This document shows positions 19,253-27,668 of a stretch of 55,243 nt of DNA, in pieces. Under the pieces are notes generated by a model that had not been told where the DNA came from, ran no database searches, and worked only from the letters and a program-made list of their open reading frames with translations. Location of the stretch: IMG/VR virus record IMGVR_UViG_3300032516_000034, positions 1 to 55,243 of that record; one strand, given 5' to 3'. Source of the stretch: a virus. Lineage: Duplodnaviria; Caudoviricetes. The position numbers were made by a program, and so were the translations under genes. Position 1 is the first letter of the stretch; the number at the start of each line of letters is the position of its first letter.

Positions 19253-19278
19253 AAAAGGTGAAGAGAATCATGAATGTG

Positions 19279-19875
19279 CTAGAGGATCGGGATGGTAGGC
19301 TTGTAGAGACGCTTCTTGCAGGTTCGACGAATGATGTTGAGATTCGCACGGATGACAACAAAAATCTCATAGGGTTCCCACATCGCATAATCCTCCATCT
19401 TGCGCAAACAGCGGTTATACACATATCGCACCTTTACCTGAGAAATCTTGATTATCTTGGCCGTAAGAGTGAAACTGCTCGTATAAAACATCAGAGTCAG
19501 GATTCCCAACTCTTGCTCGGTAAAGTGTGCGAATCTGGGATGGGTAGATAGCTTCTCTTTTTCTGCCGTAACGAAGTTAACGAAGATGTCGAATACGGAA
19601 TGCAGATAGGAAATGAATTTGAGACGCCTCCGAATGCGCCGCACATCATAGCTCAGAGCCGACTGGCCCCGATTCAAAATCCGCTGAACATCCTTTTGCT
19701 TCTTCCGCGAAACAAAGAAAAGGAACAGGATGTCTTTATCCCTCTCATTCAGAAATCTGAAAAGCGGCCTTAGCCGACGAGCCTGCTCCGCTGAAAAATA
19801 CTGCGAGTCGGTGCCCTCAGCCAGTCTCTTCTTCGCCATCTCTTCTCGGTTCTTGCCGATGTAGCTTGCCTGCAT
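19279..19875 (-). CDS. Protein with two sigma70 region-4-like HTH domains
   Basis: LNERDKDILFLFF...QKDVQRILNRGQSALSYDVRRIRRRL and FTEQELGILTLMF...TAKIIKISQVKVRYVYNRCLRKM. No obvious region 2. Confidence 0.7.
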   Translation of the reverse strand: MQASYIGKNREEMAKKRLAEGTDSQYFSAEQARRLRPLFRFLNERDKDILFLFFVSRKKQKDVQRILNRGQSALSYDVRRIRRRLKFISYLHSVFDIFVNFVTAEKEKLSTHPRFAHFTEQELGILTLMFYTSSFTLTAKIIKISQVKVRYVYNRCLRKMEDYAMWEPYEIFVVIRANLNIIRRTCKKRLYKPTIPIL

Positions 19876-20386
19876 TCGTCGTTCCTTTGAGTATGTTGCC
19901 TACCTTCTGCAAATTGTTTTCATGTAACGACGCTAGTATCTTGCGAGTACACAAACGGAACAGCGTGCTGTATCTGTTACGGGGAGATTTTTTGAGAACA
20001 ATGCCGAAAAGATTTTTCAAGTGACCATTCTTAACCCGCACAATATCTCCCTTGCCGAGCACAGATGAGTCCTCGGCCTTGACGGAGCGCGTGAACTTGT
20101 TCACCTCTTCTGGGGAAATCCAGCTTGGACGATCAACAGATGGAACGACCTTGAGATAAGCCGATTCGCGTTTCAAACTCGATATGTGGCTTTCGTAGTT
20201 AGAGCATAACACAAAGATAAAATACTCGCCCGAACTCCACATCACATCATTGCAAACAAATCTAACTTCTCTCAGGTCTTTGCCGAAAATATCCCGTAAT
20301 TTTCTCTCAACGGCATCCCTGTTCCCGTGATAAAGCGAGACGCCGACTGAGATACACAGCCACACATCTGACATTCTTTTTCTCAA
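19817..20386 (-). CDS. NusG-like transcription factor (NGN-like plus KOW)
   Basis: N-terminal W...GEYFIFV...PSWISPEEV pattern followed by KOW LGKGDIVRVKNGHLKNLFGIV. Confidence 0.7.
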   Translation of the reverse strand: MRKRMSDVWLCISVGVSLYHGNRDAVERKLRDIFGKDLREVRFVCNDVMWSSGEYFIFVLCSNYESHISSLKRESAYLKVVPSVDRPSWISPEEVNKFTRSVKAEDSSVLGKGDIVRVKNGHLKNLFGIVLKKSPRNRYSTLFRLCTRKILASLHENNLQKVGNILKGTTNAGKLHRQEPRRDGEEETG

Positions 20387-20397
20387 AGTTCATATGT

Positions 20398-20847
20398 TTA
20401 CCACCACCGAAAATAAATCAATCGTATGACAGATTTGAAAACAGACGCAACAGAAGACCAAAACCGCTCGGCCCTGCCGTGCGCTCCTCGTACATCCTGC
20501 AAGCACCAGATAAGCACTGCGAGCTTAGGATATTCATGTCCGCACCTTGCGGGGGAAGCCAGTATCTCCGCAAAATCCCGCTCGATAAATTCATCAGTGT
20601 TCTTGCAGTGATACGCTTGGCAGTGACATGCGGTATCGTCTTCATTACACACGAACACACGCGCTCGGAGTGCGCCGAGAACAATGGGATTCTGGCAGAA
20701 TCCGACATTGCCGTTATCCTTGACACGCAGGCGTGTATTGTAGAGACAATTACGCGGTGTCTGGGATAGGAACAGTTTCTTCCGCTCCTTCAGCTTCACA
20801 TCGCGAAGCTCGTAAAATTTCTCAAGGATTTCCTGTTTGTCTCGCAT
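20398..20847 (-). CDS. Hypothetical Cys-rich protein
   Basis: 149 aa; overlaps the upstream gene. Confidence 0.65.
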   Translation of the reverse strand: MRDKQEILEKFYELRDVKLKERKKLFLSQTPRNCLYNTRLRVKDNGNVGFCQNPIVLGALRARVFVCNEDDTACHCQAYHCKNTDEFIERDFAEILASPARCGHEYPKLAVLIWCLQDVRGAHGRAERFWSSVASVFKSVIRLIYFRWW

Positions 20848-21514
20848 CTCTGATCGGCTCCACTTTTATCAAGTCTTCCATGAATTTATCGAACTCGGCT
20901 TTGCCGCAGAATAGTTCCCTCGCTCTCTGCATGTCTATTCCCTCGTCTCTGCATTCCTGATCGGTAGGCGTGCGCCCGAGCTTTCTCCTAAGCTTCAGGT
21001 ATTCATCCATCGTCAATTTCAGGGAATATCGTCTGGCGCACACAAACAGATTGCTCCATTTGCCGTAATTGGTTCTAACTCGTCTTTCCGAGGGAACAAT
21101 ATCTGGTTGAAACTCATGCGCTCTCTGCCATGCCTCTTTTGTCCACAGATCGAACTGAACCACGCACTTGATTAGATAGGATGCTATGTCCTCTGGCTCA
21201 ATTGAGGGTTGTTTCCCGAAAGCCTTCTCGCAGGCCACAGACCATTGCCCGAAAGCCTCTCTGTAATCGCAAAAACGCGGTTCTCCCGGCGCACTGTTCT
21301 TTTGAAGTTGCCGCACGGAATGAAAACCTTTTTCTTTCAGGTATACGATCAGCTCTTCGGGTGTGAATTTCCCATGAATATATCGCTTGCGACGCTTTGG
21401 ACGACAAAGCTGAATCTGCCTTCTTTGCTTGGCAGGCATACGCAAAATCTCGTCCAGCTTCCACCGACGGCTTTTTCCCCTTCTTTCGCCAGAAAGTATC
21501 GGTAGTTCCTGCAT
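20822..21514 (-). CDS. Homing-endonuclease-associated-repeat protein without a nuclease domain
   Basis: Repeats TPEELIVYLK...YREAFGQWSVA, PSERRVRTNYGKWSNL and LRRKLGRTPT. Confidence 0.65.
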   Translation of the reverse strand: MQELPILSGERRGKSRRWKLDEILRMPAKQRRQIQLCRPKRRKRYIHGKFTPEELIVYLKEKGFHSVRQLQKNSAPGEPRFCDYREAFGQWSVACEKAFGKQPSIEPEDIASYLIKCVVQFDLWTKEAWQRAHEFQPDIVPSERRVRTNYGKWSNLFVCARRYSLKLTMDEYLKLRRKLGRTPTDQECRDEGIDMQRARELFCGKAEFDKFMEDLIKVEPIRDARQTGNP

Positions 21515-22092
21515 CAGACTGCCGCCTTGGCGGACTTGGAACCCACCGAAGCAATGGCACTTTTCGTTATCGGCACCCGCGCAACCTTACCATCTGTTTT
21601 TGCCTTGGCGTCTGGTATCGCAACAATACCGCCCGGCATATCCTTCTTCATCTCGTCGGCGGTGCGCTCCATCGGATCGGAAGCCGCAGGATTCTCCATC
21701 CAGTTGGGGACTCCGCCCGCAGCGGCATACTCCCGCATATACATCACAATTTCGGGCTTCACGATTTTGCTGTAATACTTCGAGTTCGCATCGAACCCAC
21801 CGTCTGGAACCGCGCACATCGTGCGGAACACGGCAAGGTTCTTCTTTTTCTGATCGAGTTTCTTCCAAGCCGCGTCGAAAGACTCGACGATGTAGGGCTT
21901 ACCCACGAAGACTTCGGCAGGATATGAGATGGACTTAATCTTGATCGGCTGTTTGGCCTTTTTCTTCTTCGTTACGATGAATGCCATCTTGTTGGAGTCG
22001 AATCCTTCAAACATGGCCGGGAACCGCTCCAGAATCCGTTCCATGATGTCCTTGATTTCACCGTCTGAGTGGTAGTCTATGTATCTTGGCAT
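21514..22092 (-). CDS. Phage metallopeptidase-like protein lacking HExxH
   Basis: Family-like segments WKKLDQKKKNLAVF and KIVKPEIVMY.RE; RTMCA occupies the expected HELxH position. Confidence 0.55.
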   Translation of the reverse strand: MPRYIDYHSDGEIKDIMERILERFPAMFEGFDSNKMAFIVTKKKKAKQPIKIKSISYPAEVFVGKPYIVESFDAAWKKLDQKKKNLAVFRTMCAVPDGGFDANSKYYSKIVKPEIVMYMREYAAAGGVPNWMENPAASDPMERTADEMKKDMPGGIVAIPDAKAKTDGKVARVPITKSAIASVGSKSAKAAV

Positions 22093-22110
22093 ATTAGTCC
22101 TTTCTAGTTG

Positions 22111-22482
22111 TTATTTCCCGTCTAACTTCTTCAGCAGTTCCAGAGCTTCGGGGTCTGTGACTTCTGGCTCCTTGGCGTAAGGCAGATCAATGACAACACT
22201 TTCATCGGCCTTCATGCGAATCTGCATATTGGCCAGTATCGCATGATACGGCGTAGGGCCGTCGAGATGGCATACCACCTTTGCATTTATGGCCACATGA
22301 TTGGGGTCATCGGGCTTCACCTGTTCGTGCCACAGCTTCCTGATTCTACCAGTGATGCGGTTGGCCCAATCTTGGATTGTTTCGGTTGTCGGGCTGTCTT
22401 CGACTTCAAGGATCGAATCGTATTCCTCGCCGACGTGATTATTGATGTGCTTCGATACGCATACAAACAGGCTCTTTGCCAT
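22111..22482 (-). CDS. Hypothetical protein
   Basis: Start MAKSLF with AAGGGTG RBS. Confidence 0.7.
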   Translation of the reverse strand: MAKSLFVCVSKHINNHVGEEYDSILEVEDSPTTETIQDWANRITGRIRKLWHEQVKPDDPNHVAINAKVVCHLDGPTPYHAILANMQIRMKADESVVIDLPYAKEPEVTDPEALELLKKLDGK

Positions 22483-22577
22483 AATGTCACCCTTTCTATA
22501 TTTTCGGCCATTAAGCCGATTCACTTGGATCAATACATTCCCAAAAAAACAACCCATCGTCAACCGCATTTGAGTTC

Positions 22578-23843
22578 CTACACCGCCACGGCTTTACCAT
22601 CATCTATTTTAATATGCTTGCCCCATTTAACGGGCCACTCGCTTTTCTCAAGCTCTGTCGTCAGCACCCAGAGAGTCGGTATCCTATACCGCTTCTCGAT
22701 CTTCGGTGCATAAAAGTCTGTAAAGTAGACCACAGCATCATGCTTCCCTTCAACTTCTTTCAGCGCGGGCTCCAGTTCGGTGCCGCCTCGGCCATGCACT
22801 TTGCCAGTGAATTTGCCTTTGAACGGATATGTTGCGCACACCCGACAATCCGCTTCATACACTGTAATCTTTGCTCCGTTCTTCCATATCCATCGAATTT
22901 CGTTGAAGAATATTTTGAGCATCTGATCGCTGATACTGCCGCTCGTGTCCACCGCCACGGCCAGATTCAGCACATCTTCTTTGCGTGTGCCGGGCCTCGT
23001 GGCGAACCGCTTGCTGATGCGCTTCACCGTGTAATCCAGATTACTCTCAGCGCACGAAGCGCAGAACATCCTAAGCACCTTGCCCCACGGGACAATGGCT
23101 CTTTCCTTCTTGAGCAAATTTTCAATCTGATCGATGATTTCGCCGGGAATGTTGCCGTAATTCTTCCCGCACAAATCCTGCGCCTTCCGCACGATGTCCT
23201 TGGCGAACTCCTTCGCCACCAGATCATCCTTCAGGTCTTCCCATTTGGAGTGCCCCGACATCACATTTGACAGAACGCCTCCGATGCCAAGTTTGCCCTC
23301 GGCGCACTGCTTTTTGTATTCGGGATTATCCTGTAAGTGCGCGTAATACCACATCGCCGATTTATTCAACGGCAGGCCATAGTTCTCAGGATGAACATAC
23401 TCACCCGGCAGGGTATTCTTTGGGATCAGAGAATTAACGACACAGTCCTCCGCCACGCTACCCCGAGTCCTGTCAGCAAAGTGTAGAAACAAATGGCCAA
23501 AAATTATGTGACAGATTTCGTGCTCAATTACGGCGAGCATCTGCGCCCAGCCCTTTTCCCTGTCACCAGCACTGGCCAGAATGTCCGTAAAGAAGTCCAC
23601 ATTGAAATACATCTTGATAAATCGCTCTCCCGCAATTCTGCCCACTCCCGCCGTCTTGCAGCTATCTTCGGACGAAACGTAGACCTTCTGGAGTTGCTGG
23701 ACGATATGTCCGTAAAACTCCTTGTGACGGGCAAGATGGACAATGCCCTTTATCAGTTCTTTTTCGATCTTGGCCCTGACTGCGACAGCGACCTTCGGAT
23801 TGCTACGCATGTCGGCGACTTGTGTTGATGACGAGTCCACCAT
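22578..23843 (-). CDS. DUF2201-type metallopeptidase plus VWA domain protein
   Basis: HEICHxxFGH zincin motif, MIDAS DTSGS, GRGGT and YFTD. Confidence 0.88.
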   Translation of the reverse strand: MVDSSSTQVADMRSNPKVAVAVRAKIEKELIKGIVHLARHKEFYGHIVQQLQKVYVSSEDSCKTAGVGRIAGERFIKMYFNVDFFTDILASAGDREKGWAQMLAVIEHEICHIIFGHLFLHFADRTRGSVAEDCVVNSLIPKNTLPGEYVHPENYGLPLNKSAMWYYAHLQDNPEYKKQCAEGKLGIGGVLSNVMSGHSKWEDLKDDLVAKEFAKDIVRKAQDLCGKNYGNIPGEIIDQIENLLKKERAIVPWGKVLRMFCASCAESNLDYTVKRISKRFATRPGTRKEDVLNLAVAVDTSGSISDQMLKIFFNEIRWIWKNGAKITVYEADCRVCATYPFKGKFTGKVHGRGGTELEPALKEVEGKHDAVVYFTDFYAPKIEKRYRIPTLWVLTTELEKSEWPVKWGKHIKIDDGKAVAV

Positions 23844-24138
23844 CCTGCACCAGCCTTTCTTCTCTTAACCGTGCATCTATAACGCCTCGTATCCGCTCGT
23901 CCGTGTCCAGCAATAGCATGAGCGTTGCCTTATCGAACGAAATCTTCTCGGCAAAGTATAGTCGCTTGCCGACGGGGAGATTGTCATCCTTGAACATCTC
24001 ATAGGCTTCATCAGGCTTGAGTCCCATATTCCAGAGCACTTCGGCAAAATCCGACGCCATGCGGGCTTCGGGGCCAGTGAACTTGTTGCCCCTGACATTT
24101 TGCCAGTCTATTGTAACCGCTCTCTCTTCTATCTTCAC
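23803..24138 (-). CDS. Hypothetical protein
   Basis: 111 aa; GTG start 6 nt after a CGTATAGT motif, possibly leaderless. Confidence 0.65.
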   Translation of the reverse strand: MKIEERAVTIDWQNVRGNKFTGPEARMASDFAEVLWNMGLKPDEAYEMFKDDNLPVGKRLYFAEKISFDKATLMLLLDTDERIRGVIDARLREERLVQDGGLVINTSRRHA

Positions 24139-24144
24139 ACCACT

Positions 24145-24152
24145 ACTATACG
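24145..24152 (-). promoter_or_regulatory. Motif M, CGTATA(A/G)T (-10-like); other copies at 30173, 37813, 38708, 44181 and 47291
   Basis: Six copies, all on the minus strand at gene junctions. Confidence 0.5.
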
Positions 24153-24219
24153 CAAGAGAGGGGGAAAGTTGACAAGAAAAACGAAAAAAGATTGAGCGGC
24201 TGGATTTCTACTAAATCTG

Positions 24220-24555
24220 TTAATGAGCCTGATTCTTCAGGCATCCTTTAATGGCGTCTTTGATTTCGATCATTATCACCATTATCTGACGCTGTGTTTC
24301 GATATTCGTGTTGATTGCGGCTGTGGATGCCTCGATTATCTTGCCCAGTTTCTCGCTATGGGCTTCGGCTGATTTCTCCTTGTCTCTATACAACCTGACA
24401 AGAGCCAGCACCGACACCACGGCCACAACCCCCAAAATCGCGGATGTTCCCATTGCGCTCAGGTCTCTGCCTGTTGTCATTGGATCAATCTGCGCACAGA
24501 CAGCCAAACCTGTCGTTGAACCAACAGCCATTATTTTCGTTGCAATCTCAATCAT
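24220..24555 (-). CDS. Holin-like membrane protein
   Basis: Transmembrane segment AILGVVAVVSVLALVRLY followed by a coiled-coil tail; last gene of a late operon. Confidence 0.5.
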   Translation of the reverse strand: MIEIATKIMAVGSTTGLAVCAQIDPMTTGRDLSAMGTSAILGVVAVVSVLALVRLYRDKEKSAEAHSEKLGKIIEASTAAINTNIETQRQIMVIMIEIKDAIKGCLKNQAH

Positions 24556-24576
24556 CTTTGTCTCCGCATCTTTATC

Positions 24577-25818
24577 CTAAGCCTCTGCAATGCGTACATC
24601 CCAATGACGAGTATCTCTCAGTTCTATATAGTTATCTAGGTTCACCGGCGGAGAATTTGAGCCACCATCCAGATAACAGATTTTGCCTGAATAACCTGTA
24701 GATATAGCAGAAGACAATATAGCATCAACCGTAGTCTGGTTTAATGCACAATTTGAGAAATCCCACTTGTCCATAGGATAGATTGCGTCTATACCACTTA
24801 CAGTAACCAGCGAAGCGCACGTACTACAGTTGAGAGTCTGGAACGAAACAAAACTTCCTCCGAACCCACTGAAGTTTACAGAAGCCAAACTCGTGTTTGA
24901 CAAGTCTAAAGTAATAAGGTTGGAGAAAGTTCCTCCCACAACCGTAAAGGATGTGAGGGGACTCCCATGTGCCTTAACCTGTTTCAAAGCATTCAAATCA
25001 GTAATAGCCAGCGAAGTCAGTGCGGTATGTTGCATCCATAGATACTGAAGCCCCGTACATCCGCTGATATTCATTGAAGACAGTAATGTGCAACTACTCA
25101 TGTCATCACCAACATTAAGTGTTGTTATGTGGGTGCATCCAGAGACATTGAGAGTTTGTAGAGCGGTTTTACTCGTCAGATTCAAAGTACCCATGCCGTC
25201 GCCATTAAAAGCTGTACATCCAGACAAATTCAACGTCTGCACTGTCGTCAGCCCTGACAACCCGGTGATAGTTGTCAGTGAGGTGCATCCTGTTGCATTC
25301 AGTGATGTCAATGCCGTGCATCCAGTGATGTTCAAGGTCATCAAATTTGTGCATCCACTCACGTTTAGAGTCTGCATTATCGTACAGCCACTAAGGTCAA
25401 GAGTTATTAACTCCGTATGGCCTGACAAATCTACATTAACCGCACAATAACTTCCTGAATTCACAGTTACAGTCCAACCACGACCGACCAAGATCGCCTT
25501 GTTAGCAAGTCCTGCGGCATCAGGTATCGCATTAGTGCCGCCAGACAAATTTAGCGTACCAGACGATAACCCGTTAGCCACAAATGTTGCCAGTATGTTA
25601 TCCACAGACTCTAATGCCAACGCACACCCCGACGCATTCAAAACTGTCAGAGTATTCTTGCCCGCGTTAACCAGATTCAATGCCTGTAGATTAGCCAGCC
25701 CACTGACATTCAATGACGTGATGTGACAATCAGTAAACACAACCCCGGTAGCGTTTATATGTTCGGACAAATCCACTATGCCCGACTTGCCTATCACATG
25801 TATGGTTTTATCTGCCAT
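24577..25818 (-). CDS. Leucine-rich-repeat protein
   Basis: Many LxxLNxSGCTxL repeats, with a duplicated cap VDxIL...G...LxGGxNxxP. Confidence 0.88.
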   Translation of the reverse strand: MADKTIHVIGKSGIVDLSEHINATGVVFTDCHITSLNVSGLANLQALNLVNAGKNTLTVLNASGCALALESVDNILATFVANGLSSGTLNLSGGTNAIPDAAGLANKAILVGRGWTVTVNSGSYCAVNVDLSGHTELITLDLSGCTIMQTLNVSGCTNLMTLNITGCTALTSLNATGCTSLTTITGLSGLTTVQTLNLSGCTAFNGDGMGTLNLTSKTALQTLNVSGCTHITTLNVGDDMSSCTLLSSMNISGCTGLQYLWMQHTALTSLAITDLNALKQVKAHGSPLTSFTVVGGTFSNLITLDLSNTSLASVNFSGFGGSFVSFQTLNCSTCASLVTVSGIDAIYPMDKWDFSNCALNQTTVDAILSSAISTGYSGKICYLDGGSNSPPVNLDNYIELRDTRHWDVRIAEA

Positions 25819-25829
25819 AGCCGATTTCC

Positions 25830-26993
25830 TTAATCAGTCGTGGAAGTCCAAGTTCCGTGGGCACCTGTTATTACCCAGTTGGTTCCATTCGCCAACTGTA
25901 AGGTGACTGTCGCATAGTATTCATTCGTGACACTATCATAGATTGTCGCACCAGCCCCGCTATCAGCAATCACATCAGCATCAGCCGCCTTGATAGTCAA
26001 ACGGTTCGTCCCATTCTTGACAAATGTGTACCATGTCCCTATGTCACTGAACGCCACGCTCGGTAGGTAGTTTGTCAAACTGACTGTCGGCTGCATTACG
26101 AATGTCTTGGCAACATCACCGACAAGCACATTGATATTGGTTGTTGAAACCACTACCGTCCACTTGCCCGGAGAACTAGAACCACCGCCCGATTGATTAG
26201 TGGGATTCCACACACTTCCAGCGGCGTTCCACGCAATCACCTGCCCGTTCGTAGGCGTACCCGTGACAGTCACGCTAACCGCACCCGATGTGCTGGCTAT
26301 TGGCACATTCGCAACAAGGGAAGTTGTCGCAGGGTTATATGACAGAACCTTTGTCCCACCCATCCACACAGAATTCGTATCGAGGTACAAATCACGGAAT
26401 GGCAATGCGGCAGTGCCCAAGTCAACTGTATTGGAACCTGCCGGGATTACTGAACCAGTGTTGGTTAGTGTACAACCACTAAAGTCAACCCAATGACCAG
26501 CCGAAAATGTCAGGTTTGTGTTGATATGCAACCCAAGCCAGTCATTGTAAAATACCGGCTGAACCAAATCATAAAGCGATGAATGATACCCGAGGATTCT
26601 GAAAATGCCATCACCCCAATAAGCTATCTGATAGTTACCACCAGCAGAAGCCACTCCCGCGCTATTGGTAAGTTGCTGATTGCCCATATTCACACTAGCG
26701 TTAGGCGCACCAAAATCGCTGAGCGGCACGGCAGTTTTATTTGTCAAGCCCGCCGCATTGACAGTAGCACTTCCGACAAGATTTGAAGCAATGCCCGCCA
26801 CACCAGCGTACTGAGCATTCGACACACTACCTCCAACTGTCGCAAGGTCATTCGATAGTACAATTTTCGGCTCAAGGAACTTGTATGTCTTGCTGTCATA
26901 CATCACCGTTTTGCCCCAGTTCGTCTGAGCAAACCCGGAACCGCAGGCAAGAATACCAGCCATAATCGCAATCAACATTTTCTTCATTATCAT
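25830..26993 (-). CDS. Fibre-like protein with N-terminal signal peptide
   Basis: MKKMLIAIMAGILACGSGFA|QT. T/N/G-rich; fibre motifs DLGTAALPFRDLYL and PTNGQVIAWNAAGSVWNP. Confidence 0.75.
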   Translation of the reverse strand: MIMKKMLIAIMAGILACGSGFAQTNWGKTVMYDSKTYKFLEPKIVLSNDLATVGGSVSNAQYAGVAGIASNLVGSATVNAAGLTNKTAVPLSDFGAPNASVNMGNQQLTNSAGVASAGGNYQIAYWGDGIFRILGYHSSLYDLVQPVFYNDWLGLHINTNLTFSAGHWVDFSGCTLTNTGSVIPAGSNTVDLGTAALPFRDLYLDTNSVWMGGTKVLSYNPATTSLVANVPIASTSGAVSVTVTGTPTNGQVIAWNAAGSVWNPTNQSGGGSSSPGKWTVVVSTTNINVLVGDVAKTFVMQPTVSLTNYLPSVAFSDIGTWYTFVKNGTNRLTIKAADADVIADSGAGATIYDSVTNEYYATVTLQLANGTNWVITGAHGTWTSTTD

Positions 26994-27009
26994 TTCTCCT
27001 TCTCAATCC

Positions 27010-27438
27010 TTAGAAAATCACCCCATCTTGGTCAATTTCGAGGGTCACATTGCCCACTGGCCCACTCGCTCTAAATGTGTGCCATCTATTCGTATCAAGA
27101 TTGAAAAGATAGGGTATGCCCGCGTGTACTTTGAGTTTACTGTTGTCTGGCAATCCGTCACTCGTGCCGCTGACATTGCCATACTGGTCTTCATCCTTGC
27201 TATCAAGAAGGGAGAAAAGGGTTTGGGCTGGGGGCTCTATGGCATAGAACCATGTCACTTCCTTCGGAGAATCGTATACGAATCCGTCTGTCAGGATTCC
27301 CCAGTAGTTATCGCTCTGAGGCGCATCCTGCAAAACCAGCCTTGTGGCGTTTTCATACCGTGCCAGTAATGCCCCGACAGGTATGTACTTCAGTAATGCC
27401 GTACAGTAGAACCGCTGATCGCATCTATAGATTTTCAC
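27010..27438 (-). CDS. Hypothetical protein
   Basis: GGAGG RBS, first gene after motif L copy 4. Confidence 0.7.
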   Translation of the reverse strand: MKIYRCDQRFYCTALLKYIPVGALLARYENATRLVLQDAPQSDNYWGILTDGFVYDSPKEVTWFYAIEPPAQTLFSLLDSKDEDQYGNVSGTSDGLPDNSKLKVHAGIPYLFNLDTNRWHTFRASGPVGNVTLEIDQDGVIF

Positions 27439-27481
27439 ATTTTTCCTCCAATGACGAAGATTTATCTTCTCGCCATAGGGG

Positions 27482-27501
27482 AAAATATCAAAAAATTGTG
27501 A
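27482..27501 (-). promoter_or_regulatory. Motif L copy 4 (upstream of the fibre/LRR/holin operon)
   Basis: Exact TCACAATTTTTTGATATTTT. Confidence 0.75.
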
Positions 27502-27566
27502 AAAGGCTCACGGGATACTACTATGTGTCACGCGCCCTTGTGTTCACATCCTTCGGTAGTGCTCTT

Positions 27567-27668
27567 TTGAACCTCTGCTGGGGCTGAAGCCCCGCAGATT
27601 CCTGACGGGTATTTGACATATCACGCGACATGCCGTATTTCCCTCTCGTGGCTCGTTCCGAGCCAGAC
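27567..27668 (-). ncRNA. Putative omegaRNA overlapping the tnpB 3' end; guide AAGAGCACTACCGAAGG...
   Basis: GGCTCG-GAA-CGAGCC stem, second stem and right-end hairpin; covaries with the 442-bp copy. The 5' boundary is uncertain. Confidence 0.7.

Noticed and set aside
27521-27566. 16-codon ORF (MKRALPKDVNTRARDT) created by excising the tnpB element
   Set aside because: Too short and featureless to support as a gene.
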